NCBI GenBank assembly: GCA_034435095.1
Contig: DAOTYC010000034.1
Coordinates: forward strand, 1 to 37,183
Length of the DNA: 37,183 bases
Reading direction: 5' to 3'
From: Anaerolineae bacterium
Lineage (GTDB): Bacteria > Chloroflexota > Anaerolineae > DAOTYC01
This document shows positions 20,464-29,718 of this stretch, one piece after another. Position numbers and translations under genes: made by a program. Each line of letters begins with the position of its first letter. Within the stretch, counting starts at the first letter, position 1. The notes beneath the pieces are model-generated. The model had not been told where the DNA came from. It searched no databases and was given only the letters and a program-made list of their open reading frames with translations.

Positions 20464-21459
20464 ATGGGCTTGAAGTTGGACCTTCCCAAAATCTCAACTC
20501 ACCTGGGCTACTTTGGAACGGGAGCCGACCGCTACAATCCCGGCGGCTATAAGCCGGCGGCTTCTCCACGAGAGCGCGTTCTGGCGGCTGCGAGCGTAGA
20601 AGGCCTTCGCGGGGTAGAACTGCACTACCCGATGATGTTTGTACACAGCGACCCGGTGGAGATGAGGCGATTCCTGGAAGAGACCAACGTGGCCTGCTCA
20701 ATTGTTTCGGTTAGCGTGTGGGACGATGCCAGTTGGAGCATGGGTTCATTGTGTCACCCCGATATCGGGGTCAGGCGGCGTGCGGTCGAAACCATTATCA
20801 CTGGAGTGGCCGTGTCCAGGACGTTGGGCGCGAACAAGATCAACCTGTGGCTCGGACAAGACGGGTTCGATTATCCATTTCAGGTCAACTACCGCGCCGC
20901 AATTGACTGGCTGGTGGACGGGCTGAAGGAAATCGCTTCTGCTGACCCAGAGGTGCGGGTCTGTCTCGAATATAAGCCCAAAGAGCCACGGACGCACCTG
21001 ACGGTCAACACGGTCTCCAAGGTGCTGTGGCTCGCCGACAAAGTTGGCCTGCCCAATATTGGTTGCCTGTTGGATGTGGGGCACGCTTTTCTCGCATACG
21101 AGAACCCGGCTGAATCAGCGGTCTTGCTCCACCGTGAAGGCCGGCTGTTCCATCTGCATTTCAACGACAACTACGGCGATTGGGACTGGGACATGCTTCC
21201 CGCTTCCGTCCGCTTTTGGGAGAACGTCGAATTGATGTTCTGGTTGCAGGAAATCGGTTATGATGACTGGCTGTCCATTGACCTCCATACGCCCCGCGCC
21301 GACAGCGTTAAGGCTTGCCAGCAAAGTGTTGACCACATCAGGCGATTGTGGGCGTTAGCCGGCCAACTGTCTCGCGATCAAATCAAGCGGAATTTCGCGG
21401 TGACCGATTATCCTGAGAACCTCAGGGTGGTCATGGACAGGGTCTTTGAAGCACTTTGA
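20464..21459 (+). CDS. Xylose-isomerase-like TIM-barrel sugar (phosphate) isomerase/epimerase
   Basis: 332 aa with a TIM-barrel pattern of conserved acidic and His residues (LDVGHAFL, HLHFNDN). GAGGAG RBS sits upstream of ATG 20464. The upstream part of the ORF (20401-20463) is treated as 5' UTR. Confidence 0.75.
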   Translation: MGLKLDLPKISTHLGYFGTGADRYNPGGYKPAASPRERVLAAASVEGLRGVELHYPMMFVHSDPVEMRRFLEETNVACSIVSVSVWDDASWSMGSLCHPDIGVRRRAVETIITGVAVSRTLGANKINLWLGQDGFDYPFQVNYRAAIDWLVDGLKEIASADPEVRVCLEYKPKEPRTHLTVNTVSKVLWLADKVGLPNIGCLLDVGHAFLAYENPAESAVLLHREGRLFHLHFNDNYGDWDWDMLPASVRFWENVELMFWLQEIGYDDWLSIDLHTPRADSVKACQQSVDHIRRLWALAGQLSRDQIKRNFAVTDYPENLRVVMDRVFEAL

Positions 21460-21597
21460 AAGGAGGTGATCGGTCGGGAGTAGGCATAGGTATTGAAACA
21501 GGTGAATTTGTCGTTTGACGGAAGCCGTATTGTCAGGTAAACTAGCCATGAGACGTAGGCCAACTTGATTCACTTTTCTGAAGGAGGGAAAGTAGAA

Positions 21598-22716
21598 ATG
21601 AGGAACAAGGCTCTCTTGATTGTCAGTCTGTTGGTTGTGTTGTCCATGTTGATCGTGCCGGTGGTTATGGCCGCCGACCCGCAGGAGAATCCCTATCGCC
21701 CGAACGAACTGTTCCAGGCGGTAGCGGACCTGAAAAAAGCCACTGAAGGGAAGACCCCGCCTGCCGGTGCGAAGTTTGCTTTGTTGACCAACGCAGTGGC
21801 CCCGTTCTGGACGGCAGCGCAGATCGGCGCGGCCCGCGCCTCAGCCGAGATCAACGTGCCCATCACCTTCCAGGCACCGACGGCCGCCGAGAAACTGTCG
21901 CAGCAGCTCTCCATGCTGGAAACCTTCGTGAATGATAAGTATGACGCCATTACCTTCTCCTCGATTGACCGTACAGCACCAAAGGACATCGTTCAGAGAG
22001 CAGTGGATAATGGCATCCATGTCATCTGCACAGATTCCGATGCCACTGGCTCGGCCCGCTACATGTATATCGGCATGTCCGACTATGATGCTGGGCGCGA
22101 GGCTGGCAAAGCTGCTTTGGAGATCATCGGCAAAGGCAAGGTGGTTGGCCTTGTCGGTTATGCTACTGCTCAGAACGCACAAGACCGCATCCGCGGTGTG
22201 CAGGATGTCCTGAAAGGTACCGAGCTCGAGTTGGTTGAGGTGTTGCTGGATGACCTGAAGCCGGAAGTCGCTTTGAGCAACGCCCAGACCGCTATGCAGA
22301 AGTACCCTGACCTGGCGGGCTTCATCACCTTCTATTCCTACGATGGCCCGATGGCTGGTCAAGCTGTCAGCCAGGCCGGGATGGCCGGCAAGGTCAAGAT
22401 CGTTGCCTTCGACGCTGAGCCGGAGACCCAGCGTCTGATGAGCGAAGGTGTCGTCCAGGCCATGATCGGTCAGCGCGTGTACTTCTATGGCTATCTCAGC
22501 GGCTACGTGATGTATGCTCTGAGCATCTTGGGCAAGGACGAGACCATGAAAGTGCTCGAGCCTTACCTGTCCGAGTGGCCAACGGCTGACATTCCGGGTG
22601 TGCCCGCCGGCTCTGAAGGCAAGATTCACCTGAACACCGGTGTAGATGTCATTAAAGCGGACACTTTCGACCTCTACAAGGCATATCTGGAGTCCATAGG
22701 TATTCCGTCCCAGTAA
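21598..22716 (+). CDS. Sugar ABC transporter substrate-binding protein (periplasmic binding protein type I, RbsB-like) with signal/anchor
   Basis: N-terminal hydrophobic signal (MRNKALLIVSLLVVLSMLIVPVVMA), then a PBP type-I fold pattern. GGAGGG RBS. Confidence 0.85.
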   Translation: MRNKALLIVSLLVVLSMLIVPVVMAADPQENPYRPNELFQAVADLKKATEGKTPPAGAKFALLTNAVAPFWTAAQIGAARASAEINVPITFQAPTAAEKLSQQLSMLETFVNDKYDAITFSSIDRTAPKDIVQRAVDNGIHVICTDSDATGSARYMYIGMSDYDAGREAGKAALEIIGKGKVVGLVGYATAQNAQDRIRGVQDVLKGTELELVEVLLDDLKPEVALSNAQTAMQKYPDLAGFITFYSYDGPMAGQAVSQAGMAGKVKIVAFDAEPETQRLMSEGVVQAMIGQRVYFYGYLSGYVMYALSILGKDETMKVLEPYLSEWPTADIPGVPAGSEGKIHLNTGVDVIKADTFDLYKAYLESIGIPSQ

Positions 22717-22730
22717 TCTGTGGTAACGGT

Positions 22731-22764
22731 GTGGTCTCCCTCCTGCTCTATGGAGGGAGACCAC
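22731..22764 (+). other. Intercistronic GC-rich stem-loop between the binding-protein and ATPase genes (no U-tract)
   Basis: GTGGTCTCCCTCC (22731-22743) pairs perfectly with GGAGGGAGACCAC (22752-22764) around an 8-nt loop. No T-run follows. This resembles the mRNA-stabilising or attenuating hairpins seen in binding-protein-dependent ABC operons. Confidence 0.6.
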
Positions 22765-22886
22765 CGTCCAGGTGGGTTAACAAGACAGTCGGGTTCAAGT
22801 CCGTTGTTGGCGACGCAGCCCTTTACGCCGCGCGATGAAGAGAGGTTTGAAGGCAATTATCAAAAAGAATAGGAATATCGTGTATT

Positions 22887-24449
22887 ATGGATGTTGAGCC
22901 TTTGTTGCGGATGGAAGGCATTTCCAAAAGCTTCCCAGGGGTGCAGGCTCTGGACAATGTAGACTTCGAGGTGTATCCCGGCGAGATTCTGGGATTTGTG
23001 GGCGAGAATGGCGCTGGCAAGTCCACGCTGGTCAAGATTATCGCTGGTGTGTACTCCAAGGACCAGGGCACCGTCTACTTTCGTGGGCAGCAAGTGGAGA
23101 TTCACAGCCCACAGGAAGCGCGGAGAATGGGCATCAGTACCATTCACCAGGAGCTTGCATTGGTTCCCCACTTGAGTGTGGCGGAGAATGTCTTCCTTAA
23201 CCGCGAAGAGATCAAAGTGCCCGCCATTGGTATGGTAGATTTCAAAACGATGAACCAGAAGGCCGAGGAAATTCTGAAGAGCCTGGGAGTGGAGATTTCG
23301 GGCAAGCGCCTGGTTAAAGAACTCACGGTGGCCGCCCAGCAGATGGTGGAGATTGCCAAGGCGCTGTCCATGAACGCCAGCCTGATCCTCATGGATGAGC
23401 CAACTTCCTCCCTGTCCAGCAAGGAAGTTGATGCGCTGTTTGACGCGATGCAGCGACTGAAAGGAAGAGGAGTCTCGGTCGTGTTCATCAGCCATCGTTT
23501 GGAGGAGGTCCGTCGCGTTGTTGACCGCGTCATCGTGATGCGCGACGGGCGACGGGTAGGCACCTTGCCCATCGCCGAAGCCACCGAAGAGAAGATCATC
23601 CGCCTGATGGTCGGCCGTGAGGTGGGGCTGTTTCCAAAAGAGCGGGCCCAAATCGGACAGCCTGTCCTGGAGGTGCGTGGTATATCCGGCGAGAACGGCG
23701 TGCGAAACGTCAGTTTTGCCCTGCACAAAGGTGAGATTCTTGGTCTCGCCGGTCTGATGGGCGCCGGACGGACCGAGGTAGCGCGTTTGATCTGTGGCGC
23801 AGACCGCTTAACCGAAGGAGCTATCTTCATCGAGGGCCGGAAAGTGGACATTAACACGCCGGCCGATGCAGTCCGACATGGCATCGGTTGGGTGCCTGAG
23901 GACCGCAAGCAGCATGGCCTGGTGCTGGGCATGACCGTCCGCGACAACATGACCATGGCTATCCTGAAACGCATTTCGGGACTGTTGGGCAACATCAGTC
24001 GCAAGAAAGAAAATGATATTTCTAAGCACTACGTGAATGCTCTGTCTGTAGTCACTCCCAGTCTGACGCAGACGGTCAAGAACCTGAGCGGTGGCAACCA
24101 GCAGAAAGTGGTGTTGGCCAAATGGTTGAGTACGGAGCCCAAGGTGCTCATTATGGACGAACCAACCCGTGGTATAGACGTGGGGGCTAAAGCAGAGGTC
24201 CACGCTCTGATGAGTCGCCTCGCCCAGCAGGGCATTGGTATCTTGATGATTTCTTCAGAGATGCCGGAGATCATTGGGATGAGCGACCGGGTCATTGTCA
24301 TGTGTCAGGGCCGGGTGACAGGTGAATTCAGTAGAGACGAATTCGACCAGGAAAAAATCATGACGTGTGCCACTCAGTTCTTGACAGTTGATGCCATTGA
24401 CAAACAGGCAGCGGTGGTGAACGTCAATCCAGAACCGGCCGTGGGGTAG
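22887..24449 (+). CDS. Sugar ABC transporter ATP-binding protein with duplicated ATPase domains (RbsA/MglA-like)
   Basis: Two Walker A motifs (GENGAGKST and GLMGAGRT), two signature motifs (LSSKEV-type and LSGGNQQKV) and two Walker B motifs (LILMDEPT and VLIMDEPT). 520 aa. Confidence 0.9.
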   Translation: MDVEPLLRMEGISKSFPGVQALDNVDFEVYPGEILGFVGENGAGKSTLVKIIAGVYSKDQGTVYFRGQQVEIHSPQEARRMGISTIHQELALVPHLSVAENVFLNREEIKVPAIGMVDFKTMNQKAEEILKSLGVEISGKRLVKELTVAAQQMVEIAKALSMNASLILMDEPTSSLSSKEVDALFDAMQRLKGRGVSVVFISHRLEEVRRVVDRVIVMRDGRRVGTLPIAEATEEKIIRLMVGREVGLFPKERAQIGQPVLEVRGISGENGVRNVSFALHKGEILGLAGLMGAGRTEVARLICGADRLTEGAIFIEGRKVDINTPADAVRHGIGWVPEDRKQHGLVLGMTVRDNMTMAILKRISGLLGNISRKKENDISKHYVNALSVVTPSLTQTVKNLSGGNQQKVVLAKWLSTEPKVLIMDEPTRGIDVGAKAEVHALMSRLAQQGIGILMISSEMPEIIGMSDRVIVMCQGRVTGEFSRDEFDQEKIMTCATQFLTVDAIDKQAAVVNVNPEPAVG

Positions 24450-24481
24450 TCTTCCTCTTTTCGTTTGGAGGTTATGAAAGT

Positions 24482-25495
24482 ATGAACAAAGTTTCGACAA
24501 CTAAGTCGTCTGGCGCAGCGGTGGTCCGGCCTCAAGGCGGCCTCGTAGATCTGGTCAAGCGGCTCATGCGTATCACGGAGCTGATGATTTTGGTTGCCGT
24601 CATCGCCCTGATTGTGATTGGCGCCATCGTCAACCCCAACTTTCTGCACGTAGAAAACCTGAAGATCATGACCCGTGATACGGCGATCCTGGCTATTGCC
24701 GCCATTGGCGTTGGGTTCACAATTCTAACCGCCGGCATTGACCTGTCTATTGGTTCAATGGTAGCTGTCGGCGGCGTGATGCTCGCCTACTTTATGATGA
24801 ATTGGCAACTCCCCATGGTGATCAGCATCGCTCTGGTTTACATTATCGCTTTAGTGGTTGGCACCATTCACGGGCTCTTTGTGACCAAGCTGAGAATGCA
24901 CGGTTTCTTGATCACTCTGGTCAGCATGGGTGTGGCCCGCGGCGCCATGCTGGTCATCACCAATGCTTTCCCAATCACTGGCCTGCCACGCTCATTCACT
25001 TTCATTGGTCAGGGCTATGTGTTCGACCTGATCCCCATTCCGGTCATCATCTGTCTGGCCATCGCAGCCATCACGTACTACTTGCTGCGATTCTCGTACA
25101 TCGGGCGGCAGATATATGCCGCGGGTGGAAACATCGAAGCGGCGCGTCTTTCCGGCATCAACGTGGACGCCCGCATCACCTTGTGCTATATTGTCTCCGT
25201 TCTCTGCGCCGTGACGGTTGGCCTGATCCAGGCGGCGCGCATGAGCATGGGCCATCCTGGCACAGGTGAGGGCTATGAGCTGTTGGCTATCGCGGCCTGC
25301 ATCTTGGGCGGCGTGAGCTTCATGGGCGGCGAAGGTGGCATCATTGGCATCATGATCGGCGCGACGATGATCGGTGTGTTGCAGAACGAGATGGTGATGC
25401 TCAACATCAACCCCTACTGGCACAAGATTGTGATCAACCTGGTTCTTTTAGCAGCCATCACCATTGACTATGCGCGGCGACGACAACGCACCTGA
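24482..25495 (+). CDS. Sugar ABC transporter permease (RbsC/branched family)
   Basis: 337 aa with ~9 TM helices. GGAGG RBS. Last gene of the operon. Confidence 0.85.
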   Translation: MNKVSTTKSSGAAVVRPQGGLVDLVKRLMRITELMILVAVIALIVIGAIVNPNFLHVENLKIMTRDTAILAIAAIGVGFTILTAGIDLSIGSMVAVGGVMLAYFMMNWQLPMVISIALVYIIALVVGTIHGLFVTKLRMHGFLITLVSMGVARGAMLVITNAFPITGLPRSFTFIGQGYVFDLIPIPVIICLAIAAITYYLLRFSYIGRQIYAAGGNIEAARLSGINVDARITLCYIVSVLCAVTVGLIQAARMSMGHPGTGEGYELLAIAACILGGVSFMGGEGGIIGIMIGATMIGVLQNEMVMLNINPYWHKIVINLVLLAAITIDYARRRQRT

Positions 25496-25506
25496 TTCAT
25501 GAAACA

Positions 25507-25547
25507 AAAGACCTGCCAGGCCTCCGAGACCCGGCAGGTCTTTTTAT
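25507..25547. terminator. Bidirectional rho-independent terminator between convergent operons
   Basis: AAGACCTGCCAGG pairs with CCCGGCAGGTCTT (12 bp, one bulge). It is followed by TTTTATT on the plus strand and preceded by AAACAAAAG (a T-run on the minus strand). It sits between the ABC permease stop (25495) and the DHDPS-family gene stop (25555). Confidence 0.8.
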
Positions 25548-25554
25548 TGGTCCT

Positions 25555-26460
25555 CTATCCCTTGTAATTCGTTTCCAGCCCCATGCCGACCAGTACATCG
25601 TTCAATTGCTTGAGCTTGTCCGGGGCGAGCGGCCCTACCGGAGCGCGGCATCTGCCTGCTTCGATGCCAATCAGGTTCAGCGCTTCTTTGATGACATACG
25701 GGAAAGTCCCCAGCTCAAAAGCCAGGCGCAACGGAGCCAGGGCGCGCTGTGCTTGCAGGGAACGTTTCAGGTCGCCAGCCACAAACGCCTCGTATATTTC
25801 TACCGGGATGGACGGCTTGACATTGGCCGAAGCGGCAATGGAGCCCTTCGCGCCGTAGAGCAGCCCGCCGTAGATCAGGGTATCGCGTCCCATCAACACA
25901 TGAAAATCATCGCCGGTCAATCGGATATACTCAGCCGCCAGGGTCAAATCGCCGCTCGAATCCTTGATGCCGACAATGTTGTCTACTTCCGCCAGTTTGG
26001 CGACTGTGCCGGCGGCCAGGTTGACGCCGGTGCGCCCGGGATTGTTGTACAGCAGGATGGGCAGGCTGGTTGATTTCGCGATGTCGGTGTAGAACTGAAT
26101 CAGTTCGTTCTGATTAGGCTGAATGAAGAACGGTGTCAAAATGGAGACAGCATCAACACCCACCTCCTCCGCCATTTGGGTCAGCATCACGGCTTCACGG
26201 GTGGTGATGGCGCCCGTCCCACCATAGACCGGCACGCGGCCGCGGGTTTCGTCAACCACAATTTCGAGCACCTGCCGCTTCTCTTCCGGGCTCAGAGCCC
26301 AGAATTCGCCCTGACTGCCGACGGCGAAAAGGCCGTGCACGCCGCCGTCAATCAGATAGTTGGTCAGTTGGCGAAGCGACTTTTCATTAACCTTATCGTC
26401 CTGAGTAAAGGGCGTGACCATCGCCGGGATGATCCCCTTCGGAACGAAATTCCTGGACAT
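25555..26460 (-). CDS. Dihydrodipicolinate synthase/N-acetylneuraminate lyase family protein (class I aldolase; likely 2-keto-3-deoxy sugar acid aldolase/dehydratase)
   Basis: DHDPS family N-terminus (AMVTPFTQDDKVNEKSLRQLTNYLIDGGVHGLFAVGSQGEFWALSPEEKRQV). 301 aa. AAGGAG RBS. It sits in a sugar-metabolism context rather than a lysine-biosynthesis context. Confidence 0.8.
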   Translation of the reverse strand: MSRNFVPKGIIPAMVTPFTQDDKVNEKSLRQLTNYLIDGGVHGLFAVGSQGEFWALSPEEKRQVLEIVVDETRGRVPVYGGTGAITTREAVMLTQMAEEVGVDAVSILTPFFIQPNQNELIQFYTDIAKSTSLPILLYNNPGRTGVNLAAGTVAKLAEVDNIVGIKDSSGDLTLAAEYIRLTGDDFHVLMGRDTLIYGGLLYGAKGSIAASANVKPSIPVEIYEAFVAGDLKRSLQAQRALAPLRLAFELGTFPYVIKEALNLIGIEAGRCRAPVGPLAPDKLKQLNDVLVGMGLETNYKG

Positions 26461-26499
26461 TTTCTCTTTCTCCTTGTCTATAAGTCTGTGGGCTGCTGG

Positions 26500-27129
26500 C
26501 TACATCCGGCTGCGCAGTGCCTCGCGCAGGTCATCGTCCTGAACGGAATCCACATCGATCAGGTCGCGCACGCCGGGAAAATCCAGAGCAGGGCGGACGA
26601 CGCTTTCGGGCAGGGCGCGAATGATTTGGGCGAAAGGCGGATGCGCAACGAGTGAAATCTGCTGCAATATTTTGCGTGACTCTTGTTGCGACTGTTTCCT
26701 CTCCGGCGGATAACCACAGCCGCTTTCGACGCTGAAGAGCTTCTCAAAAATGAATTGCAAGTTGACATCTCCGGCCCAGCCATATCCCTGATTGAGGGCG
26801 AGAGAGATACAGTTGCCCCCGTTGATTTGCATGAACAGCCAGGCATCAAGCGCGTTCAGGATGTGGCCGCAAAAGACGCCAGGATATTGCATGACCGCGT
26901 TGAGGAAACCTTGTCCGGTGCCGCACCCGCCAACGACGAAATCGGCCCGCTTGAGATTAAGCAAAATCGCCGCGATGAGGCCGGTGTGAATATAAGTCAA
27001 TTCAGGCGAGCCGCCTTTCTGTTTCATGCCAGCATTGATAATGTCGTGTTGACCACACGCCTGCAAGGCAGCGATAATGGCTGCGTTCTTGTCGCCGGCG
27101 CTGGTTTCGCTGACTACTGCAATTTTCAT
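26500..27129 (-). CDS. RpiB/LacA/LacB-family sugar-phosphate isomerase-like protein with C-terminal extension
   Basis: MKIAVVSE, then FVVGGCGTGQGFLNAVMQYPGVFCG, aligns with the RpiB core (ILICGTGVGISIAANKFAGIRAV). 209 aa, compared with ~150 aa for canonical RpiB. The start overlaps the upstream stop (ATGA). Confidence 0.65.
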   Translation of the reverse strand: MKIAVVSETSAGDKNAAIIAALQACGQHDIINAGMKQKGGSPELTYIHTGLIAAILLNLKRADFVVGGCGTGQGFLNAVMQYPGVFCGHILNALDAWLFMQINGGNCISLALNQGYGWAGDVNLQFIFEKLFSVESGCGYPPERKQSQQESRKILQQISLVAHPPFAQIIRALPESVVRPALDFPGVRDLIDVDSVQDDDLREALRSRM

Positions 27130-27680
27130 GGTGTCTCACTCCTCTCTATGGGAAACTCTCGTTTGAGCTGCTCTCGATACTTCTGCCGCAACTCGTTCAA
27201 AAGCGCTATGTGCGATGGGCTGGCGTAATCCGGATAGGTCCACTCCCACGCTTCAAATGAGCCTTTGCGGTAGCGCAAAGTCACTTCGGCAAAAATGCCC
27301 TGTCCAATGTAGATGCGGTGGGCCTGATCTTTGGTGGTCGCCAGCACAAATTTGCCCAGCGCGATATAGCCTGGGTCAATATTGACCTGACGCCGCCCCA
27401 TCTGACTCCAACGCATCTCCAGCGCGTTGGTGAGGTTCTTAACCGACGCCAGGTCAGCCATATCGCGCAGCGGCTTAAAGGTTACTATTTCACGTTGCAA
27501 GCCAGGTCCGAACTCAGCTTCATAATAGTCGGTATCGTTAAAAGGCAAGAGGGGACTGACGTAATCAATGTCACCCAACTCGTGTTCCAGAGCCCGTCTG
27601 ACTTCCGGCAACAGCTCAAGCCTGGCAGTCAACAGGCTGGCGATGAACTTGACAGGCTGACGCCGACGGACCTGGCCCAT
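27126..27680 (-). CDS. Conserved hypothetical protein (DUF-type, ~184 aa)
   Basis: No recognisable catalytic motif. It is tightly coupled to both flanking genes (4-nt gap upstream, ATGA overlap downstream). Codon usage matches the host. Confidence 0.55.
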   Translation of the reverse strand: MGQVRRRQPVKFIASLLTARLELLPEVRRALEHELGDIDYVSPLLPFNDTDYYEAEFGPGLQREIVTFKPLRDMADLASVKNLTNALEMRWSQMGRRQVNIDPGYIALGKFVLATTKDQAHRIYIGQGIFAEVTLRYRKGSFEAWEWTYPDYASPSHIALLNELRQKYREQLKREFPIERSETP

Positions 27681-27684
27681 AGAC

Positions 27685-28956
27685 TCAATGCAGCCACGCC
27701 TGCCAATCGATGGGTTTCAGGCGGCCATCGGGCAAGAAGCTCATCTCTTCTGGCTCGGTCACGACTTTGACCCCTTCCTTCTGCCTGACCTCCTCCAAAA
27801 GCGACTCTGAGACTTGCAAGTGGCCGAGGTGCAGGGTGTCCCATATCCTGACCACCCGTGCTCGCTCAGGCGGAGTCCCGCCCAGCAGTCGCAGGGCCAG
27901 GTCAACGACTTCCTTCTCATTGGCCATGGTCACAGGGATCTTGCCGCGCTCGGGGAATCCCGAAGTGATCACATTGGCGTAGAACGCTTCCATGTCGATT
28001 TTGTCCACGAGTCGCTTGATGGTGAAGTCCGCCAGACCCAGGCCGGCGGCGTTGCCGTGTGCCCCTTCCGTCAGGTCGAAGACAGCCAGCCATTTGACTC
28101 GCGGCTTCTCAAACTCAGGTTCGCCCCGGATAGCCATGCGGCCAATCACATTGGTGTCCATGCCGCTGCCGCTGATCTCTTTGCCCATCCGCTCGACGAG
28201 CAGCAGGTCAATATCGTCAATGGGCAGGCGGGCCATATACGAAATGGCCTTTTTCAGCAGTTCCGCCTCGGTTTGCTCGATTTCCTGCGGCGGAATGGCC
28301 TGTATGATGGTCGTCTGTTCCAGGCCGTCTTCAACAAGGGCCAGACCAAACAGCACCGGCGCCTTTTCAATGACCATGCGTGCCACCTCCGGCAGCAACA
28401 CGCGCAGGCCGTATGTCCCGTAGGAATGGATAGCCAACGCCTGCTCATGCTTACCCAGGCCGATGACCAACATTTTCATCAAACCGCTTTCGATATGGGA
28501 GGTAAAGTCGGTGTGCTTCTTTACGCGGTTTATGGCGATGGTGGCAGCAGCCTCGCTGGCATACTTGTCAATATAGACCGGGATGCCGTGCTTGGTCACG
28601 CCAACCTGCACCACTTCCATCGAGGACAAGATTGGCGCGCCCATGGCTTCTTCGGTGATGCCGTAGCTCTCGATGACTTCTCTCTGTCCTTCGGCGGTGG
28701 CCCCGCCATGGCTGCCCATCGTTGGTACCAGGAATGGTTCCCAACCAAGGGCCTTAACCTCTTCTACAACTGTGCGGATGACCGTGGCGATGTTTGCCAC
28801 TCCCCGACTCCCACACGTGATGGCGATGCGGCTGCCTGGCGGCAGCTTGCCAGCCAGGTTCAGTCGCGCGATCTCGCGGCGCACGGTCCCTGGAATATCT
28901 TTGATCGGGTTGGAATAAAGCGGTTGCGAAATGATGCTCATTTTGGGATATGCCAT
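27685..28956 (-). CDS. Uncharacterised ~420-aa enzyme-like protein, possibly LarA-like (lactate-racemase family) or DUF362-type; family call uncertain
   Basis: Contains PTMGSHGGAT and GLGKHEQALAIHSYG (candidate metal/cofactor-binding His/Lys). The mixed alpha/beta composition has no TM segments. AAGGAGG RBS. It is the first gene of a four-gene operon. Confidence 0.5.
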   Translation of the reverse strand: MAYPKMSIISQPLYSNPIKDIPGTVRREIARLNLAGKLPPGSRIAITCGSRGVANIATVIRTVVEEVKALGWEPFLVPTMGSHGGATAEGQREVIESYGITEEAMGAPILSSMEVVQVGVTKHGIPVYIDKYASEAAATIAINRVKKHTDFTSHIESGLMKMLVIGLGKHEQALAIHSYGTYGLRVLLPEVARMVIEKAPVLFGLALVEDGLEQTTIIQAIPPQEIEQTEAELLKKAISYMARLPIDDIDLLLVERMGKEISGSGMDTNVIGRMAIRGEPEFEKPRVKWLAVFDLTEGAHGNAAGLGLADFTIKRLVDKIDMEAFYANVITSGFPERGKIPVTMANEKEVVDLALRLLGGTPPERARVVRIWDTLHLGHLQVSESLLEEVRQKEGVKVVTEPEEMSFLPDGRLKPIDWQAWLH

Positions 28957-29007
28957 TGGAGCAAAGTCCTCCTTGCTTTAAGGAAATATGAGAAGAATAT
29001 CCTGGAA

Positions 29008-29718
29008 TTACTCAAACCCCAGGCCGCGTTCTTTCAGGCTGACGTAGCGGTGCTGGCCGATGATCAGATGGTCCAGAACGTCAATGTCCAGCATCTCCCC
29101 CGCTTTCACGATCTGGCGAGTCACCTGCACATCCTCCGGCGAAGGAGTCGGGTCGCCAGAGGGGTGATTATGGGCGACGATAATGGCGGCGCAATTGGCC
29201 CTCACGGCCTCGCGAAACAGCTCGGCCACGCGCAAGTGATTGGCGTTGAGCGAACCAACATACAGCGTATGGACGCGAATGACTCGATTCTTGGTATCGA
29301 GCATCAGTGTTCTGAGTTGCTCCTGCTCCAGCAGGCTCATCTCTGCCTGAATGAGGTTCGCCGCGTCTCCAGGCGAACGAACCTGCGGCCTGGACTCAGG
29401 GGAAGTCGCCACCAAACGCCGCCCCAGTTCAAGAGCTGCTTTGATTTGAGTGACTTTCGCTTTGCCCAGGCCCTTGACCTGGCACAGCTCGTCGAAATTG
29501 GCGCGGGCCAACCCCTCCAGGCCACCATACTGAGCCAGCAAGCGGCTGGCCAGTTGAAGGACATTTTCATTGACCAGGCCGGTGCGAAGCAGAATCGCCA
29601 GCAGCTCGGCATTAGACAACGCCGATGCTCCGTGATACTCCAGCCGTTCGCGGGGGCGTTCCCCCTCCGGCATGTCGTGAATGGTCAGGCGGTATTCGAC
29701 CATCTCAGCAGATGACAT
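29008..29718 (-). CDS. radC: RadC family protein (JAB/MPN domain with N-terminal HhH)
   Basis: HhH motif [12 protein letters not shown] and JAMM motif [18 protein letters not shown]. 236 aa. GGAG RBS sits upstream of ATG 29718. Confidence 0.88.
   Translation of the reverse strand: MSSAEMVEYRLTIHDMPEGERPRERLEYHGASALSNAELLAILLRTGLVNENVLQLASRLLAQYGGLEGLARANFDELCQVKGLGKAKVTQIKAALELGRRLVATSPESRPQVRSPGDAANLIQAEMSLLEQEQLRTLMLDTKNRVIRVHTLYVGSLNANHLRVAELFREAVRANCAAIIVAHNHPSGDPTPSPEDVQVTRQIVKAGEMLDIDVLDHLIIGQHRYVSLKERGLGFE

Noticed and set aside
22786-22812. GGGTTCAAGTCCG resembling a tRNA T-arm in the binding-protein/ATPase spacer
   Set aside because: The flanks cannot form a 5-bp T-stem, acceptor stem or anticodon arm, so no cloverleaf can be drawn. 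It is a coincidental match to the TPsiC-loop consensus.
21841-24004. Three long minus-strand ORFs (307, 288 and 286 aa) opposite the sugar-binding protein and ABC ATPase genes
   Set aside because: They are antisense to CDSs with clear Walker/signature motifs and binding-protein features. The antisense translations are low-complexity. They are spurious.
27814-29715. 633-aa plus-strand ORF spanning the LarA-like and radC genes
   Set aside because: It is antisense to two well-supported minus-strand CDSs. The translation is His/Arg/Gln/Gly-rich low complexity without domains. It is a GC-driven artefact.
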